NCBI GenBank assembly: GCA_041601735.1
Contig: JBFIHP010000001.1
Coordinates: 1-29,083 of the forward strand
Length of the DNA stretch: 29,083 nucleotides
Source of the DNA: Planctomycetota bacterium
GTDB taxonomy: Bacteria > Planctomycetota > GCA-002687715 > DRQF01
Reading direction: 5' to 3'
Program-made: the position numbers and the translations under genes
The notes under the pieces: model-generated
Databases searched by the model: none
What the model saw: only the letters and a program-made list of their open reading frames with translations
Told to the model about the DNA's origin: nothing
Part shown: piece by piece, positions 1 through 7,502 of the stretch
How the letters are laid out: each line of letters starts with the position of its first letter
Position numbering within the stretch: position 1 is the first letter of the stretch

Positions 1-1
1 C

Positions 2-313
2 CATCGCGCCGCGCGCCGCGATCTGAGGCGCGAGGATCGCCGGGACTTCGATTCGCGGGTCTCCGACGAGAACCTGCTCTCGGGTTATCGATCGCTCGCG
101 AGCCCGAGCCGGCAGGCGATGGCTCGCGAGGAGATCGAGCGGTTCGAGGCGGCCTTCGACCGGCTCTCGCCCGATCATCGGGAGGTCCTGCTGCACCTGG
201 GGATCGCCGGGCTCGGCTACCGCGAGACGGCGGCGCTCATGAGTCGCAGCGAGGACTCGATCAAGCAGCTCGCCGTGCGCGCGCGGGCCCGGCTCGCGAC
301 CCTCCTCGACTGA
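2..313 (+). CDS. ECF sigma-70 factor, C-terminal part (5'-truncated by window edge)
   Basis: The frame is open from base 2 (HRAARRDLRREDRRDF...LASPSRQAMAREE). It continues into a sigma4.2-like segment, RLSPDHREVLLHLGIAGLGYRETAALMSRSEDSIKQLAVRARARL. The ATG at 119 in the track is internal. Confidence 0.88.
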   Translation, partial: HRAARRDLRREDRRDFDSRVSDENLLSGYRSLASPSRQAMAREEIERFEAAFDRLSPDHREVLLHLGIAGLGYRETAALMSRSEDSIKQLAVRARARLATLLD

Positions 314-333
314 GGGCGGACTTTTTCTCGAGA

Positions 334-358
334 ATCACCGGCACCGGAAGCGAGCGTT
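334..358 (+). promoter_or_regulatory. Possible ECF-type promoter (ATCAC-N16-CGTT) for the lipoprotein gene
   Basis: ATCAC at 334-338 and CGTT at 355-358 are 16 nt apart, in the gap directly after the ECF gene. The match to ECF consensus is loose. Confidence 0.25.
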
Positions 359-400
359 CCTTCCCGAGGATCAGACCCAGATTCCCGAGGAGAGTCCCCC

Positions 401-2299
401 ATGCTTCGCAGACCCGAGACGTCCTTCCCCGCGATCGCGGCCGGCCTCGCGATCCTCCCGATCCTCGCGCTCTTGGCCTGCTCCGGCGGCAACGGCGGCA
501 ACGATGGCGGCTTCGCCGCCGCCAGCGCGACCATCGGCCCCGGCGGCGGGCAACTGAGCTCGTCCGACGGACGGCTCAGCCTGATCTTCCCGGCCGGGGC
601 CGTCGCGGCTCCGACCCTGATCACGATCACGCCGCTCGCGGCCGCCGATCTGTCGCCGGCCGCGCAGGGGCTCGAGCCCGATCGGGCCTACCGGATCGAT
701 CCGGCCGGGATGACTCTCGCCCAGCCCGCGCAGCTCTCCTTCGACATGTCGGCCGCCGTACTGAGCGAGGGGACGGGGCTGCTCCCGGTGCCGCCCGTGC
801 GGGTCGTCTTCGCCGACGACCCGACGGAACCTCTCCCGGGTCTGAAGACGCTGCTCGACTCCGTCATCGGGCTGCCGCGCGCCGACGCCACGATCGGACG
901 TCTGGGCGAGCTGCTCTTCCACGAGAGCCGCTACGGCAACGTCACGGTCACGCCGCCCCTGTCGATCCCGGCCGGCGGCTCCGCGCCCGTCACCGCCACG
1001 ATCGATACGAGTCTCTCGACCGACGGTTCGAACGCGAGCTGGCGCTCGGTGACGACCAACGTGACCGACGACCTGTCCGACACCTTCGTGCCCTTCACGG
1101 GGAGCTACAACCTCTTCTGCCCCGGCATGGCGACCTCCGGCGGCGTGACCCTCACGATCAAGTACACCGCCCAGATCCAGCTCGGCACGCCCGAGGGAAT
1201 CCTGAATCAGTCCGAGGAGGCCGTCGCCGAGTTCGTCTTCCCGGTGGTCTGCCAGGGCATGACGGGCGCTTCGGTGATCCCCGGCGTGGTGTCGCTGGCC
1301 GGCATCCTGGACTCGGTCGAGAGCATCCAGGTGATCTCGCGTCCCGGGTCGAACTTCGAGCCGACCGGTCACCCGATCGCGCAGCTCGCCTACCTGCTCG
1401 TCGCCGGCGAGATCCCGGGCGGCGGCGGCCCCGGGGCCGCGATCGTCGATCCCAGCAACTGGACGCTCCCGTCGTTGATCCCGGTCGGCGGCCTCGGCAC
1501 CGCCTTCGACGCGCATCTCATCCCCTCGCCCGGGGGCACCCGCGAGGCCCTCTTCACCAGCGGCACCGAGGGTTTCCTGATCGAGACCCTGCCGGGAGGC
1601 AACCTCGCCTCCGGCGGACTCCTCAGCATGGGCTTCCACGAGGACGCGAGCGAGGTGGCCGACGATCCGGCGAACGGCATCGCGGCGGCCATCGGCGCCA
1701 CCCTGCGGATCGCGAGCATCGACGACTCGCTGGGCGTCCAGTTCCAGGACTACGGCTTCTCGCAACAGGTCCGTTCCGCGGCCGTGAACGCGACCAGGAC
1801 GCGGGCGCTCGTGATCCGCGCCACGAGCAACGATCTCGTCGAGGCCATCCTCGACCCCACGAGCGGCCTCGTGATCTCGGAGAACCTCGTTCGCGGCCTG
1901 GGCAGCGCTCCCCGGCGCATCCGCTGGGACCCCTCGAGCGGTCTCGTGGGCATCTCCGACTTCGTCGACAGCACGGTCACGGTGCTGAGCTGGGACGGTG
2001 CGACGACGCCGAGCATGATCGGCACCGCGAACGTGGGGCTGGGACCGGTCGGGATCGACATCGTGGATGGCAACGTCCTCTCGGTCGGCTTCGGCGACGA
2101 CTCCTTCACGCGGATCGGCGTCGATCTCATCAACCTCAGCATCGCGCAGGTGACGACGCTGCCGATCCCCTTCACGCCGGTGAACGGCACGAGCTTCAAT
2201 CCGGGTCACGTGAAGGCCATCGGGGACGCCGACAAGAGCGTGGTCATCAGCAACTTCGGTGACCAGTCGGTGACCTTCCTCGGCAACGCCTATCCCTAG
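401..2299 (+). CDS. Lipoprotein with N-terminal ZU5-like domain and C-terminal beta-propeller (YVTN/YncE-like)
   Basis: SD GAGGAG. Lipobox LLA-C27 followed by a Gly-rich linker. ATIGPGGGQLSSSDGRLSLIFPAGAV...ITITP...YRIDPAG resembles bacterial ZU5. C-terminal blade-like repeats: GSAPRRIRWDP..GISDFVDSTVTVL, GLGPVGIDI..SVGFGDDSFTRI, VISNFGDQSVTFL. Confidence 0.75.
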   Translation: MLRRPETSFPAIAAGLAILPILALLACSGGNGGNDGGFAAASATIGPGGGQLSSSDGRLSLIFPAGAVAAPTLITITPLAAADLSPAAQGLEPDRAYRIDPAGMTLAQPAQLSFDMSAAVLSEGTGLLPVPPVRVVFADDPTEPLPGLKTLLDSVIGLPRADATIGRLGELLFHESRYGNVTVTPPLSIPAGGSAPVTATIDTSLSTDGSNASWRSVTTNVTDDLSDTFVPFTGSYNLFCPGMATSGGVTLTIKYTAQIQLGTPEGILNQSEEAVAEFVFPVVCQGMTGASVIPGVVSLAGILDSVESIQVISRPGSNFEPTGHPIAQLAYLLVAGEIPGGGGPGAAIVDPSNWTLPSLIPVGGLGTAFDAHLIPSPGGTREALFTSGTEGFLIETLPGGNLASGGLLSMGFHEDASEVADDPANGIAAAIGATLRIASIDDSLGVQFQDYGFSQQVRSAAVNATRTRALVIRATSNDLVEAILDPTSGLVISENLVRGLGSAPRRIRWDPSSGLVGISDFVDSTVTVLSWDGATTPSMIGTANVGLGPVGIDIVDGNVLSVGFGDDSFTRIGVDLINLSIAQVTTLPIPFTPVNGTSFNPGHVKAIGDADKSVVISNFGDQSVTFLGNAYP

Positions 2300-2319
2300 A
2301 CGTCGAGAGGGGTGACGGA

Positions 2320-2360
2320 GCGACGAGACCCGGCGATGCGAAGAGGGCCGGGCTCGTCGC
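2320..2360. terminator. GC-rich stem-loop between convergent genes
   Basis: GCGACGAG-A-CCCGGC pairs with GCCGGG-CTCGTCGC (14 bp, one bulge, 12-nt loop). There is no clear U-tract. Confidence 0.5.
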
Positions 2361-2363
2361 GCC

Positions 2364-5123
2364 TCACTTCTCCGCGATCACGAGCTCGAGGCGAAAGCCC
2401 ACGTGGCCCAGGGCCTCGCGGCTCTCGAGGCCCCAGGCGTAGGTGAGCTCGAAGCGCGCGGGCTCGGCATGCTGCCAGCTGCCGCCGTGCACCGGACGCT
2501 GGGCGCGCTCCTCCCAGAACCAACCGCGGCAGAGCTCCGAGACGCCGCCGGCGGTGTCGTAGAGGCCCGTCGTGGTCTCGTCGATCGGATACCGCAGGCC
2601 CGGTTCGAGGCAGGGTCGTTCGGTCGCGAAACAGGACTTCGCGTAGTGCGGTCGGAAGTGATCGCCCCAGGGGAAGCGCCTGGACCTGCCGTCCGACTTC
2701 ACGACGACCTGCCAGGACCGCCACTCGGGAAGGCGGAAGGTCCAGCTCCTGCCCGCGGCGCGCGCTCGCTCGCTGCGCCAGGCCGCGTAGGCCTCGGCGG
2801 CGGCGAATGAGACCCCGTGGACCGGCACTTCCGGCCCGATGCCTTCGGGCAGCGCGACGCGTCCGTCGTCGTCGATCGGCCAGGGCCCGGGAAGCTGCGG
2901 GACGAGGAGGGGATCGAGAGCGGTCCTCGCGCTCAGGAACTCCAGGTACTCGCCGCAGTTGAGTTCGCGGTCCATCACGATCATCGACTCGCCGTAGTAC
3001 GACCAGGCGCGGACGAAGGGGCGAGGGATCTCCTCCCGCGGGATCAGCTCGAGATCGATCGGGCGCTCCGGCCCGACGACGGTGATGCGCTCCGGTTCGT
3101 GACCCTCGGCGCGCACGAGGAGGAGCAGTTCGTCACCCTCGACCTCGTGATCGACGAGCGGCGTGCGACCGACGAAGGAGGCCGCGCCGTGGAAGAGCGG
3201 GGCGGCCGTGGCGCGGACCAGGAGATCGGCCGGAGCCTCGAGCTCGAGGGTCTCTCCATCCCGCCAGACGAGCAGGTCCAGGGGGCGCTCCGGGCCCGAC
3301 TCCGAGCGGCGCGTCAGGCGATCGAGTTCCGCGGCGCCCTCCCGGACCTCCGCGCCGTCGAGCGCGAGCACGAGGTCCTCCGGCTCGAGCGGCGCTGCGG
3401 ACCAGCGCACCCGCAGCGCGAGACGTCCGGGCTCCGGGCCTGCGGACCCACGGAAGGGGATCGGGACGAGGCGAGGCTGGCCGTCCTCGACCAGGTCGTC
3501 GTGACGGCGAAAGACGAAGGCATCGACCCGTGCGCCCGGCGGATCCGTCGTCAGGTTGATCTTCCTCCGCGGCCGCACGGCCGCCGCGAGATCGCCGTCG
3601 GGATCGTGCTCCCGCACCCGCGCGGCGAGGAAATCGACCATCACCTGATCTCGTCGCGCGCGGGCCACGCGCCAGCGGTCGAGGTAGAGCCGGGCACGGA
3701 GACGCTCCGGGCCCTCGAGCTCCGGGTCGAGATCCTCGACCCGTCGCAGGATCTCCATCACCTGGGTGAAGATCCTCTCGCTCGAGGTCTGCGCCAGCTC
3801 GAGCCGGCGTTGCTCCCGATCGAAGGCCGCGACCTCCTCGGGGGCGTTCACCTCGCGATGGATCTCGGCCTTCCGCCACTCGAACTCCTGGATCCGTCGC
3901 GGCAGATCGTCGGTCTCGCGGAGGTACTCGTCGAGCAGCCGCACGGCCCCCGCCAGTTCCGCCCGGGCCTGCGCCTCGCGGTCGATCCGATCGCGTCGCT
4001 CGGCCAGGAGCTGAAGGGTCGTCGCGGTCATGACGGCGAGCAGAAGGACGCCGAGCATGCCGGCGACGACGGGGCGACGCGCCACGAATCGCCGGGCTCG
4101 ACGCAGGGCGCCGGGGGGGCGCGCCGAGACCTCGCGTAGATCCAGCACCGCGTCCAGATCGTCGGCGAGGGCCGCGGCGTCGGGGTAGCGATCCTCGGGG
4201 CGCTTCTCCATCGCCTTCTCGACGACGCGTGCGAGATCGGAGGACACGCGCGGCTCGACCTTCCTGATCGGCGGGGCGTCCTGCGTGAGGATGCGGTGGA
4301 AGAGCTCCTCGGCGCGACTGCCCTCGAAGGGCGGCCGACCAGCGAGGATCTCGTAGAGCGTGACGCCGATGGCGTAGACGTCGGTGGTCGGTCCGACCGC
4401 GTCATGGTCGCCCCGGATCTGCTCCGGGGCCGCGTAGTGCGGCGAGCCGATGAAGGCACCGGTGAGCGAGAGCGTGGTCTGGTCGAGCCCGCGGGTGAGG
4501 CCGAAGTCGATGACGACGATGCGGCCCTCGTCGGTGACCAGGATGTTGGCGGGCTTCAGGTCGCGATGGACGATCCCGGCGGCGTGGGCGACCGCGAGCG
4601 CGCGGGCCACGTCACGCGCCCAACCGACCGCGCGGCGCAGATCGAGGCCCTCGCGCTCGCGCAGGACCTCGTCGAGGGGGCGGCCGTCCACCAGTTCCAT
4701 GGCGATGTAGGCCTGTTCGCCGATCTGGCCGTGCTCGTGGATGCCCACGATGCCGGGGTGGTCGAGCCTGCCGAGGGCCTCGGCCTCGCGCCGGAAGCGC
4801 TGCAGGAGCGAGGCCGACAATCCGCTCGTGCGGAGCACCTTCAGCGCGACCCGCAGTCCGTCCTTCTCGCGGACGGCGGCCCAGACCTCGGCCATGCCGC
4901 CTCGACCGAGGAAGTCCTCGAGGCGGAAACCCGCAAGACGGGGTCGGCGCCCCTCCGGCGACCCGGAGAGGCCGAGGCGACCCAGGATTTCCAGGCGTCT
5001 CCGGATGGCGTCGGCCTGTCCGGGATGGCGGGCGATGAGCTGCTCGAGGTCGGCGCCCTCGTCGGCCGCGCCGAGGATCTCGATCAGGATCGCCTCGATG
5101 TCATCGATGGGCTCGTCGTGCAC
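2364..5123 (-). CDS. Hanks-type Ser/Thr protein kinase with one TM helix and C-terminal FGE-sulfatase (SUMF1-like) domain
   Basis: Kinase motifs: LGRGGMAEV, VALKVL, RFRREA, HRDLKPANIL, DFGL, YAAPEQ, DVYAIG. TM: VVAGMLGVLLLAVM. FGE-like motifs: PVHGVSF, FRLP, FPWGD, GLYDTAGGVSE, GGSW, GFR. GTG start. Confidence 0.93.
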   Translation of the reverse strand: MHDEPIDDIEAILIEILGAADEGADLEQLIARHPGQADAIRRRLEILGRLGLSGSPEGRRPRLAGFRLEDFLGRGGMAEVWAAVREKDGLRVALKVLRTSGLSASLLQRFRREAEALGRLDHPGIVGIHEHGQIGEQAYIAMELVDGRPLDEVLREREGLDLRRAVGWARDVARALAVAHAAGIVHRDLKPANILVTDEGRIVVIDFGLTRGLDQTTLSLTGAFIGSPHYAAPEQIRGDHDAVGPTTDVYAIGVTLYEILAGRPPFEGSRAEELFHRILTQDAPPIRKVEPRVSSDLARVVEKAMEKRPEDRYPDAAALADDLDAVLDLREVSARPPGALRRARRFVARRPVVAGMLGVLLLAVMTATTLQLLAERRDRIDREAQARAELAGAVRLLDEYLRETDDLPRRIQEFEWRKAEIHREVNAPEEVAAFDREQRRLELAQTSSERIFTQVMEILRRVEDLDPELEGPERLRARLYLDRWRVARARRDQVMVDFLAARVREHDPDGDLAAAVRPRRKINLTTDPPGARVDAFVFRRHDDLVEDGQPRLVPIPFRGSAGPEPGRLALRVRWSAAPLEPEDLVLALDGAEVREGAAELDRLTRRSESGPERPLDLLVWRDGETLELEAPADLLVRATAAPLFHGAASFVGRTPLVDHEVEGDELLLLVRAEGHEPERITVVGPERPIDLELIPREEIPRPFVRAWSYYGESMIVMDRELNCGEYLEFLSARTALDPLLVPQLPGPWPIDDDGRVALPEGIGPEVPVHGVSFAAAEAYAAWRSERARAAGRSWTFRLPEWRSWQVVVKSDGRSRRFPWGDHFRPHYAKSCFATERPCLEPGLRYPIDETTTGLYDTAGGVSELCRGWFWEERAQRPVHGGSWQHAEPARFELTYAWGLESREALGHVGFRLELVIAEK

Positions 5124-5129
5124 CCGGTC

Positions 5130-5138
5130 AGCCTACCA
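5130..5138 (-). promoter_or_regulatory. Extended -10 element TGGTAGGCT; predicts a leaderless kinase mRNA
   Basis: Minus strand reads TGG-TAGGCT-N6-GTG(5123), with no SD. Confidence 0.55.
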
Positions 5139-5191
5139 GCCGATCCCGGCCCGGTGAACGCCCGAGCGGAGGCGGGGCCGTCGCGGTCGGC

Positions 5192-5980
5192 TCAGATCAG
5201 GCCGGACCCGAGGCCGACGGCGATCGCGAGGAGGAGCGTTCCCGTCAGGGTCTGCACCGTGCGCATCTCGACCTTGTGCAGGTAGCGCTTGCCGATCATG
5301 ACCCCGCTGAAGGCCGCGAGCATACCCGCCGCGATCAGGGGCCACTGCTCCGCGCCGATGGGGTTCTCGGCCTTCGCCAGGAGGAAGAGCAAGAGGTAGG
5401 TCGCGATGCGCGCCATGTCCACCATGAAGCCGATCGTCGCGTTCGTGCCCACGAAGGCCTGAGTCGAGATGCCGACCTTGGCGAGAAAGGCCGAGCGCAG
5501 CGCTCCCTGGTGCCCCGAGAAGCCGCCGAAGAAGCCCGAGAGCAGGCCGCCGACGAGCAGGTACTTCCGATCGAACTTCAGCTCGCGCAGGCCCGGCGCG
5601 AGCTCGAAGAGGGCGAAGACGGTCATCAGCGCGGCCATGATCAGCTTGAGCGGGGTGATGACCGCCGTGCGCGGGCCGAGCTCGTAGCGCGCGAGCTCGC
5701 CGAGGTGCGCCACGAGGCCGAGGGCGCTCGCCCCGACGAAGGCGGCGAGGATCGCGGGGATGCCGAAGCGCAGGACGAGATCCCGCTCGGCATGGCGACC
5801 GACGACGCTGATCTTGAACACGTTGTTGGCGCCGTGCACGACCGCCGTGGCCGCGACCGCGACCTCGAGGGGGAAGAAGAGGGCGAAGACCGGCATCAGG
5901 AGCGTGCCGAGCCCGAAGCCGGAGTAGAGGGTGAGGGCCGAGACGAGGAGCGCGGCCAGGGTGACGATCAGGATGTCCAC
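5192..5980 (-). CDS. Sulfite exporter TauE/SafE (TSUP) family membrane protein
   Basis: Hydrophobic 262 aa with two repeated Gly-rich motifs (LYSGFGLGTLLMP and LLSGFFGGFSGHQG). SD GGAG precedes the GTG. Confidence 0.88.
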   Translation of the reverse strand: MDILIVTLAALLVSALTLYSGFGLGTLLMPVFALFFPLEVAVAATAVVHGANNVFKISVVGRHAERDLVLRFGIPAILAAFVGASALGLVAHLGELARYELGPRTAVITPLKLIMAALMTVFALFELAPGLRELKFDRKYLLVGGLLSGFFGGFSGHQGALRSAFLAKVGISTQAFVGTNATIGFMVDMARIATYLLLFLLAKAENPIGAEQWPLIAAGMLAAFSGVMIGKRYLHKVEMRTVQTLTGTLLLAIAVGLGSGLI

Positions 5981-6001
5981 GTCGAACTCCGATGGGCCCG
6001 G

Positions 6002-7324
6002 TCAGCGGGGAATGCGGAGCACGACGATCAGGCGCTCGCCCTCGCCGCCGATCCAGGTCGGCGTCTGGCCGGCGGCCCGGATGGCCTCCTCCGCGGCGCT
6101 CAGGTTCTTGTGACGGTCCACTGCGTAGTGGTGGAACTCGTCGGCGGTGGGGAAGAGGATGCCGGCGCCGAGGGCGCGGACCTGCTGCTCCACCTCGTCG
6201 ACCAGGCCATCAGGGACCTCGCCCGGACTGAAGGGGATGCCGCGGCACATCGGGTTCAGCTGCGGATCGATGCTCGAGACCCGGCCGTTGGCGTTCTGGA
6301 ACCAGGCCGTGGACGGCAGGGCCCGGCCGTCGAGCTCGGCCGCCGCGGCGACGACGAAGAGCAGGCGATCGAGCTTCTTCGCGTGGGGCTTCTCGACCTC
6401 GAACTGGATCAGGTCGCCGGCGATGACCTCGAAGGCCAGGCCCTGCTGTTTCTTCTCGCCGATCGTGCTGCGCCCGTGCTCGCCCATGAGGCGCATCCCG
6501 TGGCGCCAGACCTCGACCTTGCCGCCGTTCTCGAACCAGATGCGGACCGTTCGCTTCGGCTCCGAGTCGAACTCGAGCCTGGTCAAGCGATCGAAGGTCG
6601 CGCGCCATTCCGCCGAGACCGACTCCTCGCCGCGAGCGAGGATGAGGGCGCGGATCGCGCGCGCCCCGGGCGGACAGGGGTAGGCCTCGTACTGGCCGAT
6701 CATGTCGTCCAGCAGCTCGTCGCGGGCCTCGCCGAGCTGCTCCACCAGCTTGGCTGCGCTCTTCGTGATCACCGGACTCACGGGCCGCTCGTCGCTGCGG
6801 TCGAGTCCCTCGAGGCTCCTCTCGATCGCGTCCACCTCGGCGACCATGGTCTCGTCGGGGTAGGTCTCGAGGCAGCGACGGGCGAAGTGGATCGCCTCCG
6901 GCGCGGCGGCGTAGCAGCGCGCCTTCATCACCTTCTCGAGGTGCTTGATCGCCCGGGTCGGCATCGCACGGAGCTGGGGCTCGGAGGGCTTGAGGCCGCC
7001 CTGCTTGGCGATGAGCGCGAGGCTCTTGCCGGTCTCGGGCGGCAGGAGATCACGCTCGGCGGCGCCTAGCGCGACCTGGGTCCACCAGCGCGCCGCGTGC
7101 CGCTCCTTGTTCTCGATCAGCGCACGCACGAGCTGCTCGACCGTCTTCAGCTCCCAGTTCCCCGCCCGCAGCTCGGAAACGAGCCGCTTCTCGCGACTCT
7201 CCTTCGGCGCCTCATCGCCCTGCGCGTGGAGCGGCCCCGCGACGAGGAGGCCGAGAATCAGTCCCAGCAAGATCGCCTGCCCTGCCCTGACTGCCTGTCG
7301 CGAACCGGCCGCGCTCGTCGCCAT
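6002..7324 (-). CDS. Hypothetical secreted protein (helical N-half, beta-rich C-half)
   Basis: Signal peptide ending PLHA-Q, natural amino-acid composition, SD GAGGA, fills the gap. No family recognised. Confidence 0.75.
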   Translation of the reverse strand: MATSAAGSRQAVRAGQAILLGLILGLLVAGPLHAQGDEAPKESREKRLVSELRAGNWELKTVEQLVRALIENKERHAARWWTQVALGAAERDLLPPETGKSLALIAKQGGLKPSEPQLRAMPTRAIKHLEKVMKARCYAAAPEAIHFARRCLETYPDETMVAEVDAIERSLEGLDRSDERPVSPVITKSAAKLVEQLGEARDELLDDMIGQYEAYPCPPGARAIRALILARGEESVSAEWRATFDRLTRLEFDSEPKRTVRIWFENGGKVEVWRHGMRLMGEHGRSTIGEKKQQGLAFEVIAGDLIQFEVEKPHAKKLDRLLFVVAAAAELDGRALPSTAWFQNANGRVSSIDPQLNPMCRGIPFSPGEVPDGLVDEVEQQVRALGAGILFPTADEFHHYAVDRHKNLSAAEEAIRAAGQTPTWIGGEGERLIVVLRIPR

Positions 7325-7440
7325 CGCTTCATCCTCGAAGGTGTGATCATGGTCGCCCGCGCATTCTGCCCGAGATCCGGGCCGATGCGGAGGCCTTTTC
7401 CTGCCGTCGTGCCCGCGGCCCGCGCCCGCAAGCCCTTTCG

Positions 7441-7455
7441 GGCATGCGCTTTGCT
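7441..7455 (+). promoter_or_regulatory. Sigma-54 (-24/-12) promoter of the multiheme cytochrome gene
   Basis: GGCATG-CGCT-TTGCT has exact GG-N10-GC spacing. Predicted TSS is about 7466, followed by SD GGGAG (7491-7495) and ATG 7503. Confidence 0.6.
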
Positions 7456-7502
7456 TCCATCACTCCCACTCGATGTTGACCCATGGACACGGGAGTCGAA
7501 CC

